A stretch of DNA of 64,000 nucleotides from an uncultured Sangeribacter sp. (lineage in GTDB: Bacteria > Bacteroidota > Bacteroidia > Bacteroidales > Muribaculaceae): the NCBI GenBank assembly GCA_964456155.1, contig CAYVZJ010000001.1, positions 8,660 through 72,659 of the forward strand. The letters run 5' to 3'. Position 1 is the first letter of the stretch, and the number at the start of each line of letters is the position of its first letter. Positions 47,804 to 56,788 of the stretch are shown here, piece after piece. A program made the translations under genes and the position numbers. The notes under the pieces are model-generated. The model saw nothing but the letters and a program-made list of their open reading frames with translations, did not search any database and was not told the DNA's origin.

Positions 47804-48937
47804 ATGATAAAAATGAAAACATTTAGAATTTCGGCAGCCCTTCTGACGATGGCTGTAATGGCAGGCTTTACTTCTTGTAGCAATGATGACGGCCCGGACA
47901 ACGGTGATGAGGTAAAGGTAAAAGGGGGAGCATTCGTGCTCAACCAGGGTTCTTATCAGATGAATAATGCCGGCATGGCTTATTTTAAGTTTGATAAAGA
48001 TGGCGCAGAGATAGTCAACGACCTCTTCTTCGACGTCAACGACTTTAAACTCGGCGACAATGCCACGGCCATAGCCCGTCACAAAGGTAAAATATTTATA
48101 TCCATGACCGGCTCCAACTGTATCTATAAGCTCAATGAGAAAGGAAAAGTAGAGGCTCAGGCGCTCTTCCATAGCGATCCGGATCTGCAAGGAGGCGTAA
48201 GATATATGGCTTTTGAGGGCGACTATCTCTATGCCTCCTTCTATGGCGGCGTGGTGGTGAAGATTTCTGTCAAGGATATGCAGGTGGTGGCCAAGCTGCA
48301 GACCGGCGGCGGCAATCTGGAAGGTATAGCCGAATGTGACGGGAAACTTTATGTGGCCGACTCCTACAGTTATGTCTATGACAGTGCTACCGGTCAGACA
48401 TCCACTGTGTATGGCGATAAGGTCTATGTGATTGACACCAAGACCTTCACAGTGTCAGGTTCGATTCCCGTGGCGCTCAATCCCAATAAACTCATTGAGG
48501 AAGATGATAAACTTTTCCTTCTCTCATGGGGCAATTACGCCGATAAAGGCTATTCTTTCCAGATGATCGAGCCTGAGAATGGCAATAAAGTGACAGAACT
48601 CGGTGTGGCTACCGATATGGGTGCCGGAGATGACAAGATATACTTAGTCAACTCAGTGACCGACTGGAATACCTGGCAGACCACCAACACATGGACAAGT
48701 TATGATATAAAAGCCGGGCGGATGAATACAGCATCGTTTATGGCTGATGCTCCGGCTTCTTTGGCTTCCGACCATATCTCTATGATAGCCGTGGATGATG
48801 ATACTGACGACATCTATATCGGCACTACTCAATATACTCTTGGCAACGGCCACGTGTATCGCTTTGACAAGCACGGTAATTTCAAGGACGACTTTGACTG
48901 CGGTGGTCAGAATCCCGTCGGAATGATATTCCTTTAA
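47804..48937 (+). CDS. surface lipoprotein with a beta-propeller-like repeat (BtuG-like / YncE-like)
   Basis: Lipobox AGFTSCSNDD. Its position immediately after btuB in a B12 locus matches the known Bacteroides BtuG arrangement. The assignment rests on context. Confidence 0.6.
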   Translation: MIKMKTFRISAALLTMAVMAGFTSCSNDDGPDNGDEVKVKGGAFVLNQGSYQMNNAGMAYFKFDKDGAEIVNDLFFDVNDFKLGDNATAIARHKGKIFISMTGSNCIYKLNEKGKVEAQALFHSDPDLQGGVRYMAFEGDYLYASFYGGVVVKISVKDMQVVAKLQTGGGNLEGIAECDGKLYVADSYSYVYDSATGQTSTVYGDKVYVIDTKTFTVSGSIPVALNPNKLIEEDDKLFLLSWGNYADKGYSFQMIEPENGNKVTELGVATDMGAGDDKIYLVNSVTDWNTWQTTNTWTSYDIKAGRMNTASFMADAPASLASDHISMIAVDDDTDDIYIGTTQYTLGNGHVYRFDKHGNFKDDFDCGGQNPVGMIFL

Positions 48938-48963
48938 GAGTCAGGCATTAGGAAAATAAAAAT

Positions 48964-50106
48964 ATGAATTGGTGTTACAGATTGACGTGCGCACTGTTGT
49001 GTCTGCTCCTGCTTTCTTGCGGGGGCGGACACCACGGTGCCCCCGATGAGAAGGAAATCCCGATGGAGTATGCCTCCTTCCTGCGAATGTATGAAGGTGA
49101 GGGGTACACGCGCGTGACAATCACCAATCCGTGGGATACTACTCAACTCTTGCACTCGTATCTTTTGGTGCCCGACTCCTTGCCTCTCCCGGAGGTCTCT
49201 TCTGATGCCACCGTGATACGTACACCAATCAGACGGAGTGTGGTATTCTCATCGGTGCACAGCAGTCTGCTGGACGAACTGGGCTCATTGGAGAGTGTGG
49301 CCGGAGTCTGTGATGCCGGTTATCTCAACAACGAAGCTCTGAAGAAGCGGCTGAGGGAGGGAAAGGTGACAGACTGTGGCAGCTCGATGTCGGCGGATAT
49401 GGAGCGTATCGTGTCGGTAAATCCGGATGTGCTTATGCTCTCCCCTTATCAGGATCCCGCTCCGTATGCCAAACTCAAGGAGTTGGGCGTACCGGTGGTG
49501 GAGTGTGCCGACTATATGGAGACGGCACCGCTTGCCCGGGCAGAATGGATTAAATTCTATGCCGCTCTGGCAGGTAAGCAGAAAGAGGGAGAGCAAATGT
49601 TTGCCGCCACGCGTGATGAGTACAACCGGCTGAAGAATCTGGCCGGCGGTGTTAAGACTCGTCCTGAAATTCTCACAGAGCTCAAGCAGGGAGAGTCGTG
49701 GCTACTTCCGGCGCGGCGGTCTACAACCGGAATCTTTATAGAGGATGCCGGCGGCAGACTCCCTGAAATCTGCGAAGGAGGCGAGGGTGGAAGTGTGGCA
49801 TATTCTCCGGAGAAAGTGCTTATGGCGGCCGGCGATGCTGATATATGGATGGTAAGATACTACCGCGCGCGGCCGATGACTTACGAAGATATTGAGACTC
49901 AAGGAGCCATCTATCGCAACTTTGACGCCTTCCGTGGCCGGCGGATATATGGCTGCAATACAGCTCAGAAGCAATATTACGAAGAGGTGCCCTTTCATCC
50001 TCACTGGCTCTTGGCCGACATGATATCCTTCTTTCATCCCGAACTTGGTGTCACTCCATATCCCGGCAAATCCTATTATACCCCCATATCTGCTGATGCT
50101 AAATGA
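48964..50106 (+). CDS. ABC transporter periplasmic substrate-binding protein (BtuF/FecB-type)
   Basis: 380 aa with an N-terminal lipoprotein-like signal (LLLLSCGGG). Cluster-8 binding-protein layout, and a 4-nt overlap with the permease gene. Confidence 0.75.
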   Translation: MNWCYRLTCALLCLLLLSCGGGHHGAPDEKEIPMEYASFLRMYEGEGYTRVTITNPWDTTQLLHSYLLVPDSLPLPEVSSDATVIRTPIRRSVVFSSVHSSLLDELGSLESVAGVCDAGYLNNEALKKRLREGKVTDCGSSMSADMERIVSVNPDVLMLSPYQDPAPYAKLKELGVPVVECADYMETAPLARAEWIKFYAALAGKQKEGEQMFAATRDEYNRLKNLAGGVKTRPEILTELKQGESWLLPARRSTTGIFIEDAGGRLPEICEGGEGGSVAYSPEKVLMAAGDADIWMVRYYRARPMTYEDIETQGAIYRNFDAFRGRRIYGCNTAQKQYYEEVPFHPHWLLADMISFFHPELGVTPYPGKSYYTPISADAK

Positions 50107-51143
50107 ATAAAATGAAACTCACCGTCAGCCGAAAACCGTGCCGCGCGCTCTCATTTCTTTTATTGGGCGTGCTGACATTGCTGCTCTTTGCGGCCAATAT
50201 TATAATAGGCTCTGTCAATATCCCCTTTGCGAAGGTGATGGCGGTGTTTTCAGGCTCGTCCGCGGCGGAGGCTACCGTGCGCTTCATCATACTCGACAGC
50301 CGTCTGCCGGCGGCAGTCACCGCGCTTTTAGGTGGAGCCTCTTTGTCGGTCTGCGGATTGATGATGCAGTCGGCATTCCGCAATCCTCTGGCCGGTCCGT
50401 CAGTGTTGGGTGTCAATTCAGGCGCGAGTCTCGGTGTGGCGCTGGTGATGCTGCTCTGGGGAGGCACCTTCCGGGGTACGGCTATGGGCATAGGCGGAAT
50501 ATCGGCAGTCATGGCCGGTGCTTTTGCCGGCGCGATGATTGTGATGGCTCTCATTATTTTGCTCTCCAATATCTTACGCAACCCTGTGACGCTGATTATT
50601 GCCGGAATGATGATAGGCTATTTAGTATCTTCGGCCATAACGCTGCTTAACTTCAACGCCACGTCTCAGGGTATACAAAACTATGTGATGTGGGGGATGG
50701 GTAGTTTCGGGGGTCAGACACGTGCCACCCTGACACCATTTGCGATCTTGACCTCTGGCGGCCTGTTCTTTTCCCTGATGCTCGTCAAGCCGCTTGATTT
50801 ACTTCTGTTAGGCGACAGGTATGCGCGCAATTTAGGCTTGAACTTAGTCGTGACGCGCAATCTTCTATTGGTGGCCACCGGCTTGCTGAGTGCGGTGACT
50901 ACGGCATATTGCGGTCCGGTATCCTTTTTGGGACTTGCCGTGCCACATATCACCCGACTTCTCTTTCCGACTGATATCCATCGCCTGCTGATGCCGGCCT
51001 GCATATTGATGGGTGGGGTAGTGGCCTTGCTGTGTAATCTTCTTTGTGTATTGCCGGCGAGCGGTGTCCTGCCTTTGAATGCCGTCACCCCGCTGATAGG
51101 GGCTCCGGTGATAATATGGGTAATTCTTAAAGCTCGCGCATGA
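50103..51143 (+). CDS. FecCD-family ABC permease (BtuC-like)
   Basis: 346 aa and polytopic. Typical FecCD segments: GSVNIP, RLPAAVTALLGGASLSVCGLMMQSAFRNPLAGPSVLG. Confidence 0.85.
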   Translation: MNKMKLTVSRKPCRALSFLLLGVLTLLLFAANIIIGSVNIPFAKVMAVFSGSSAAEATVRFIILDSRLPAAVTALLGGASLSVCGLMMQSAFRNPLAGPSVLGVNSGASLGVALVMLLWGGTFRGTAMGIGGISAVMAGAFAGAMIVMALIILLSNILRNPVTLIIAGMMIGYLVSSAITLLNFNATSQGIQNYVMWGMGSFGGQTRATLTPFAILTSGGLFFSLMLVKPLDLLLLGDRYARNLGLNLVVTRNLLLVATGLLSAVTTAYCGPVSFLGLAVPHITRLLFPTDIHRLLMPACILMGGVVALLCNLLCVLPASGVLPLNAVTPLIGAPVIIWVILKARA

Positions 51144-51958
51144 TGAGGGATAGAGACAAGATACTTCTGGAGAAAGCCGCCGGGGAGACGACACTAAAGC
51201 TGCATGATGTGACCACAGGCTATCGCTCTCGCGGCCATATCGTCGAGGTAGGGCGACATTATACCGCTACGCTTCCGTGGGGAAGTCTTACCTGCCTGTT
51301 GGGTGTCAACGGGTCTGGCAAGTCTACGCTGTTGCGTTCCCTCTCCAAATCTCAGAAAATTCTCTCCGGCAGTATTACCATTGGCGGGAGAGACATCGCG
51401 GATATTCCGGATGCAGAGGTTGGCAAACTGATAGGCATAGTGCTGACAGATAAGGCCGGGTCGGCCAATATGCGGGTAAGCGAGTTGGTGGCTCTGGGTC
51501 GTGCGCCTTACAGCAACTTCTGGGGACGGGTGACAGCGGCAGACCGTCAGATAGCGGATGAGGCGATGGAATGTATCGGCATCACGTCGCTTAGAGACAG
51601 ATATGTAGGTTCGCTGAGTGACGGCGAGCGGCAGAAGGTGATGATTGCAAAGACACTCGCTCAGCAGACGCCCGTAATACTTCTTGATGAGCCGGCGGCC
51701 TTCCTTGACTATCCGAGCCGTCTCGAACTGATGATGCTTATGCGCAGACTGGCGCATGACAACGGCAAGACGATACTTCTTTCCACTCATGACATCCCCC
51801 TTGCCATGCAACTGTCCGACCATCTATGGCTCGTAGACAGCAATCGCCGCCTGCAGACCGGCACGCCCGATTCCCTCGGAGAAAGCGGCGCAATAGGCGC
51901 AGCCTTCGACCGCGACGGCGTAACCTACGACCACGCCACCCGCACCTTCCGCATCTGA
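51140..51958 (+). CDS. ABC transporter ATP-binding protein (BtuD/FecE-like)
   Basis: Walker A GVNGSGKSTLL, signature LSDGERQKV, Walker B VILLDEP. Confidence 0.85.
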   Translation: MMRDRDKILLEKAAGETTLKLHDVTTGYRSRGHIVEVGRHYTATLPWGSLTCLLGVNGSGKSTLLRSLSKSQKILSGSITIGGRDIADIPDAEVGKLIGIVLTDKAGSANMRVSELVALGRAPYSNFWGRVTAADRQIADEAMECIGITSLRDRYVGSLSDGERQKVMIAKTLAQQTPVILLDEPAAFLDYPSRLELMMLMRRLAHDNGKTILLSTHDIPLAMQLSDHLWLVDSNRRLQTGTPDSLGESGAIGAAFDRDGVTYDHATRTFRI

Positions 51959-51986
51959 AAACTTTGGATCCATCATCCATTCAATT

Positions 51987-52091
51987 GAACTGGTTGCATT
52001 AGGCCCCGAACTGGTTGCATTAGGCCCCGAACTGGTTGCATTAGGCCCCGAACTGGTTGCATTAGACCCCGAACTGGTTGCATTAGTCTCT
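51987..52091. repeat. five head-to-tail copies of a 21-bp unit GAACTGGTTGCATTAGGCCCC
   Basis: Units start at 51987, 52008, 52029, 52050 (one substitution) and 52071 (degenerate 3' end). There are no spacers between them. Confidence 0.9.
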
Positions 52092-52150
52092 ATAGTAATC
52101 AGAACTTGCATCTTGTGTATCAAGTTTCATACTTACCGCCATAATAACTA

Positions 52151-52181
52151 TTTGTTTTATCAGATATTTTGTTTAAATTTG
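52151..52181 (+). promoter_or_regulatory. predicted promoter of mntA-hepT
   Basis: TTTG at 52151-52154, 19 nt of spacing, then TAAATTTG at 52174-52181. The ATG is at 52220. Confidence 0.45.
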
Positions 52182-52219
52182 CTCAATAGAAGATTTCCGG
52201 GATAATTAATTTTTTGAAA

Positions 52220-52522
52220 ATGCACCTGATTAACGAGAATATACAGAAGATAATCGCTTTATGCCGTAAGTATAAGGTGAAGAATCTTTATGTGTTCGGA
52301 TCTGTGTTGACAAATAAATTTAATGATAAGAGTGACATTGACTTTCTGCTTAGTTTCACTCCTGAGATAGATTATAATAATTACTCCGATAATTATTTCA
52401 ATTTATGGGAGGCAATGAAGGATTTATTAGGAAGAGAAGTAGATTTAGTGGATGAAAAAACACTGAGGAATCCGGTTTTTATCAAAGAAATAGATTCCAC
52501 CAAACAGTTAATATATGGATAA
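52220..52522 (+). CDS. mntA: MNT-type nucleotidyltransferase antitoxin (type VII TA)
   Basis: GSx10DxD motif in LYVFGSVLTNKFNDKSDIDFLL. An 8-nt overlap with the next gene. The track start at 52214 is a TTG. Confidence 0.8.
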   Translation: MHLINENIQKIIALCRKYKVKNLYVFGSVLTNKFNDKSDIDFLLSFTPEIDYNNYSDNYFNLWEAMKDLLGREVDLVDEKTLRNPVFIKEIDSTKQLIYG

Positions 52523-52853
52523 ATCCATCAGCAAGTATCTGATTGATATACAACAAGCAATTGAAGATATCGACCTTTTTACTTCCCAAAGACCAAGAGA
52601 ATTCTCTGTATTTTGTGAAGACTTAATGTTTAGAAGTGCTATAGAAAGAAAAATAGCTATAATTGGAGAAGCCATGACGAAAATTCTTCAAATTGAACCG
52701 GCAATTCCCATATCAAACGCTAAAAAGATTAAGGGAACAAGAAATTACATAATACACGCTTATGACACTCTAAGCCCTGAAATGTTATGGGGTATTGTAA
52801 TTAATGATTTGGAAATCTTACGAAATGAAGTGGCAACTTTGTTACACTCGTGA
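52515..52853 (+). CDS. hepT: HepT (DUF86) RNase toxin
   Basis: Rx4HxY motif in GTRNYIIHAYDTL. 112 aa. Confidence 0.8.
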   Translation: MDKSISKYLIDIQQAIEDIDLFTSQRPREFSVFCEDLMFRSAIERKIAIIGEAMTKILQIEPAIPISNAKKIKGTRNYIIHAYDTLSPEMLWGIVINDLEILRNEVATLLHS

Positions 52854-52881
52854 AATTGTAATTATTTGGCATATTTAAGAT

Positions 52882-53937
52882 ATGAGACATATAAGAATTT
52901 CGGAAGATATTGATTTGATACATAGGCGGTTGCCTTTCTTTCTTGCTCTTGAGGAGTGGGTGGCTCGGCGTATGCCGGCCGGCGACTATTTCTTTTCGTG
53001 GCAGGTGTCACCTACGGTGATATGCGGTCGCAATCAGGAGATAGACAAGGAGGTAAACCTCGAATATTGCCGTGCGAACGGTATAGATGTAGTGCGCCGG
53101 CGGAGTGGCGGCGGCAGCGTGTTTGCTGACCGCGACAACTTTATGTTTTCCTACATCACAAGTGGCGATGACGTGCAAGGAGAGTTTGCGCGTTACACGG
53201 GGCTGATAGCCACCGCATTACAGCAACTCGGCATTCCGGCAGAGGCCTCCGGCCGTAATGACATTACCATCAGTGGCCGTAAAGTGGCCGGTAATGCCTT
53301 CTATCATTTGCCCGGACGCTGCATAGCCCACGGCACAATGCTATATCGCTTCGATGCCGCCCATCTGGCCAACGCCCTAACTCCCTCAAAGGCAAAAATG
53401 GAGTCGAAAGGCGTGAAATCAGTGCCGATGCGTGTCACGTGTCTGAGCCAGGAGGGCATTAAGTTATCCCCCTCGGAGTTTGAAAAATATATTATAGAAA
53501 GCATCACCGACGGTGAGCCATACGTGCTGACTCAAAGCGATGTGGAGGAGGTAGAGCAGATAGAGCAGGGTTATTACGATCCCTCTTTTCTGCGGATAGG
53601 AGACACCGCAAGGACCCAGAGCGAGCCGTCTGCCGATAAAGGTCGCCACGTCAGCCGCCAGTGCCGTATTTCAGGGCTGGGAGAGTTTTGCGTGGATTAC
53701 GCGATTACTCCCGAGGATGAAAGAATAAGCAATCTTCGTCTTTCCGGCGACTTTTTTATGTCCGGTGATGTAGAGAGTGAGATATGTCAGCGCATGGAGG
53801 GGGTCAACGCCTCTGCAGAAGCCATATCCGAAGCGGTCAAGGATATACCGGTGTCAGAATTGATACCCGGCATGACACCCGAGATGTTGACAGCCTTAAT
53901 CTCCGGGAGTGAGTTTCCCAATGATAATGTAAGATGA
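52882..53937 (+). CDS. lplA: lipoate-protein ligase A
   Basis: RRRSGGGSVFAD and ISGRKVAGNAFYH motifs. 351 aa. Confidence 0.85.
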   Translation: MRHIRISEDIDLIHRRLPFFLALEEWVARRMPAGDYFFSWQVSPTVICGRNQEIDKEVNLEYCRANGIDVVRRRSGGGSVFADRDNFMFSYITSGDDVQGEFARYTGLIATALQQLGIPAEASGRNDITISGRKVAGNAFYHLPGRCIAHGTMLYRFDAAHLANALTPSKAKMESKGVKSVPMRVTCLSQEGIKLSPSEFEKYIIESITDGEPYVLTQSDVEEVEQIEQGYYDPSFLRIGDTARTQSEPSADKGRHVSRQCRISGLGEFCVDYAITPEDERISNLRLSGDFFMSGDVESEICQRMEGVNASAEAISEAVKDIPVSELIPGMTPEMLTALISGSEFPNDNVR

Positions 53938-55130
53938 AAGAATCCATCCAGATACCCGCTGAAGTGATGCAGGTAAAGCAGCGCTTCTCGATAATAGGCA
54001 ATTCTCCGGCGCTCATCAATGCCATAGAGCGCGCCATCAAGGTAGCCTCCGTAGACTTGTCTGTGCTTGTTTCCGGCGAGTCCGGCTCCGGCAAGGAGTT
54101 TTTCCCGCGCATCATCCATTCATGCGGGTCGCGCAAACATAAGAAATATATAGCGGTCAACTGTGGCGCAATCCCCGAAGGTACGATAGACAGCGAGTTG
54201 TTTGGCCATGAGAAGGGTGCCTTTACCGGCGCTATCTCCACGCGCAAAGGGTATTTTGAAGAGGCTGACGGCGGTACGATATTTCTTGACGAGGTGGCGG
54301 AACTTCCGCTCACCACTCAGGCTCGCCTGCTCCGTGTCCTTGAGACCGGCGAATTTCTGAAGGTCGGTTCTTCGGAAGTGCAGAAGACAAACGTGCGCAT
54401 CGTCGCCGCCACAAATGTTGACTTGCTGAAGGCCGTGGCACGCGGACGTTTCAGAGAAGACCTCTATTACCGTCTGTCTACGATACAGATACACGTGCCC
54501 TCGCTGCACGACCGTGGCGATGACGTGCTCCTTCTGGCGCGCAAATTTGCCGCCGATTTTTCCGAGAAGTATATGACGGCGCCCATATCCTTTTCTGAGG
54601 AGGCACGTCGGGCAATGCTCGTTTACCGTTGGCCGGGCAACGTGCGTCAGCTAAAGAATGTAGTGGAGCAGCTTGCCCTCTTCGACGCCGGCCGGGAGAT
54701 AGAGAGGTCAACGCTTATAGACCTCCTGCCGCTCGCATCGTCCGCAACCGGCCGCGAGCTTCCCTCATCCACCGGACATACTTACGAGCAAGACCGCGAA
54801 CTGCTGTGGCATACACTCTTTTCACTAAAAGGAGAGATATCAGCCCTGAAGGCTCAGTTGGGGCTCGCCGGGGAAACTCAGGATACCACGCCGTTAGGGA
54901 AGGCCTTGCTGCCGTCAGCCAAAGATTTGATAGCCACATCCGAGGGAGGAATGCATATTATCCCGGAGCAACTCACTTCGCGTAGCGCCACACTTGAAGA
55001 TGCCGAAAAGCACGCCGTCGAGGAGGCACTGCGTCGCAATGACGGCGACAAGAAGCGGGCCGCCGAGCAACTCAATATCTCTCTGCGCACCCTTTACCGT
55101 AAAATCCGCGAATATGGCATTGAGAATTGA
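53934..55130 (+). CDS. sigma-54-dependent Fis-family transcriptional activator without a receiver domain
   Basis: GESGSGKE Walker A, ELFGHEKGAFTGA, and the C-terminal HTH AAEQLNISLRTLYRKIREYGI. Confidence 0.85.
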   Translation: MKESIQIPAEVMQVKQRFSIIGNSPALINAIERAIKVASVDLSVLVSGESGSGKEFFPRIIHSCGSRKHKKYIAVNCGAIPEGTIDSELFGHEKGAFTGAISTRKGYFEEADGGTIFLDEVAELPLTTQARLLRVLETGEFLKVGSSEVQKTNVRIVAATNVDLLKAVARGRFREDLYYRLSTIQIHVPSLHDRGDDVLLLARKFAADFSEKYMTAPISFSEEARRAMLVYRWPGNVRQLKNVVEQLALFDAGREIERSTLIDLLPLASSATGRELPSSTGHTYEQDRELLWHTLFSLKGEISALKAQLGLAGETQDTTPLGKALLPSAKDLIATSEGGMHIIPEQLTSRSATLEDAEKHAVEEALRRNDGDKKRAAEQLNISLRTLYRKIREYGIEN

Positions 55131-55131
55131 T

Positions 55132-55656
55132 ATGAACCATAGATGCTGTAATAAGATTGTACTGTTTGCCGCGTTGCTGCTTACTGCGTGCCTGGGCGGA
55201 TGCGTGCCGTCGTTTAAGTTCAACGGTTCGGCACTCAACTATGACTTGTATAAGACGATAGACATCACTGACTTTCCGATACGCGCAGCCTTGGTGTATC
55301 CCCCTTTGCAGACAGCATTTGAAAATCAACTGCTCAACACGGTGACCCGCCAGACGCGCCTGCAAGAGATAGACGGCAATGCCGACCTGGAGATGTCAGG
55401 AGAGATTACCGGCTATGCCCTCACTCCGCAGGCTGTGGGCGAGAATGCGTATGCCACAGAGACGCGCCTTACCATCACAGTGCATGTAAAATATACAGAT
55501 AATATCAATCCCGCCAATAGCGTAGACCAGACCTTCTCCGCATACAGACAATTTTCGTCTGACCTTCTACTGATAGACGTGCAGGATGAATTGTGTCAGC
55601 AGATATCGGAAGAACTGGTAGACTTAATCTTTAACGCCACTCTCGGCAACTGGTGA
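55132..55656 (+). CDS. lptE: LptE-like lipoprotein
   Basis: Lipobox LLTACLGGC. Size and position between the sigma-54 activator and secG are typical of Bacteroidota. The start is placed at the ATG after the upstream stop. Confidence 0.55.
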   Translation: MNHRCCNKIVLFAALLLTACLGGCVPSFKFNGSALNYDLYKTIDITDFPIRAALVYPPLQTAFENQLLNTVTRQTRLQEIDGNADLEMSGEITGYALTPQAVGENAYATETRLTITVHVKYTDNINPANSVDQTFSAYRQFSSDLLLIDVQDELCQQISEELVDLIFNATLGNW

Positions 55657-55657
55657 T

Positions 55658-56275
55658 ATGAATATAGAAACTCTCACATATGAGGAGGCCCGAGCGCTTC
55701 AGGAAGCCTATCCCTCCTTTACATACGCGGCATTGTGTATGTATCGCTCCACGACCGACGAGGCAGAACGCGAGCGCCTTCGTCTGCGCCTGTCGGCGTC
55801 AATAGGGAGCGTTGACGACCTTCGCGAATTGCTCGGAGCCGACTCCGAATCGCTCGTAGACTTCTATCAGGATGCAGTGCCCTCAACGCCTTCTACGGAT
55901 GACACCATCTCCGCCTTTATCGATAAATTTACCCCCGGTGGCGCTCCCGTATCGGACTATCTTGCCTCGTTAGAGACACTTGAGCCGGCGGATAGCCAAG
56001 AGCCGGGAGACGGCGCAGAACTGCCGGAAGCGGTAGAGCAGACAGAGCCGGCGGAAAGCCAAGAGCCCGAGCGTCAACCCGAGCGTCAGACGGAGTCGGA
56101 AAGCACAGCCCTTACAGAGAGTTTTGCTCGAATATTGATAAAAAATCGCAATTATAAGAAGGCGTTGGAGATAATTAGCGAATTAAATTTGAAAAATAGC
56201 GAAAAAAGTATTTACTTTGCAGACCAAATACGATTTTTAAAAAAGCTGATAGCAATAGAGTCAGCCGGCAAGTAG
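55658..56275 (+). CDS. hypothetical protein with an acidic linker and helical C-terminus
   Basis: 205-aa ORF tightly packed between lptE-like and secG. Confidence 0.55.
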   Translation: MNIETLTYEEARALQEAYPSFTYAALCMYRSTTDEAERERLRLRLSASIGSVDDLRELLGADSESLVDFYQDAVPSTPSTDDTISAFIDKFTPGGAPVSDYLASLETLEPADSQEPGDGAELPEAVEQTEPAESQEPERQPERQTESESTALTESFARILIKNRNYKKALEIISELNLKNSEKSIYFADQIRFLKKLIAIESAGK

Positions 56276-56329
56276 GACTCCGTGGGGTCATACCTGTCGA
56301 ATATTGGTGTAATAAAATAATAAAAAGAT

Positions 56330-56644
56330 ATGTACGTATTTTTAAGTATTCTCATCGTGCTCGCATGCGTATTGCTGATATGCGTAGTGCTCATCCAGAA
56401 GTCTAAGGGCGGAGGCCTTGCTTCTGATTATTCAGGTGGCAACCAGTATCTCGGTTATCGTAAGACAACCGATTTCATAGAAAAGGCTACATGGGGTCTT
56501 GCTATCTTTATTTGTGTGGTAGCGATTCTTTCATCCTTTGCCATCAAGACTCCGATCAATCGTTCGTCAATAAGCGATGCTCCGGCTCAGCAGACCACGA
56601 CGGCTCCGGCTCCCACAGCTACACCGTCAGCGCCCGCTAAGTAA
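56330..56644 (+). CDS. secG: preprotein translocase subunit SecG
   Basis: Two TM helices. LIQKSKGGGLAS motif. Confidence 0.85.
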   Translation: MYVFLSILIVLACVLLICVVLIQKSKGGGLASDYSGGNQYLGYRKTTDFIEKATWGLAIFICVVAILSSFAIKTPINRSSISDAPAQQTTTAPAPTATPSAPAK

Positions 56645-56665
56645 TCGCAGATAGCGAAAGAGATA

Positions 56666-56702
56666 AAAAGTGTGTCCGAAACTCTGTTTCGGACACACTT
56701 TT
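56666..56702. terminator. 17-bp-stem bidirectional terminator between secG and miaB
   Basis: AAAAGTGTGTCCGAAAC tct GTTTCGGACACACTTTT. Confidence 0.8.
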
Positions 56703-56788
56703 TTATGGATGTATGACTTCTTTATATCCGGGCACTACGTGCCCGGTTATTGAAATTTTGCCTCTCCGAGGCACGGGTCTGCTTTAAG

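Noticed and set aside
50138-50650. 170-aa alternative-frame ORF within the FecCD permease gene
   Set aside because: It lies on the same strand in a different frame from a clearly recognisable permease, and the translation is Gly/Arg-rich and low-complexity.
51987-52091. CRISPR array, or a type III TA antitoxin RNA repeat
   Set aside because: The repeats are contiguous with no spacers, and no cas genes are present. The predicted mntA promoter lies downstream of the array, and MntA/HepT is a protein-protein TA. An RNA-antitoxin role is therefore unsupported.
51824-52123. 99-aa minus-strand ORF translating to NATSSGP repeats
   Set aside because: It arises only because the 21-bp tandem repeat is a multiple of three. 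It also overlaps the btuD-like 3' end. There is no start context and nothing protein-like outside the repeat.
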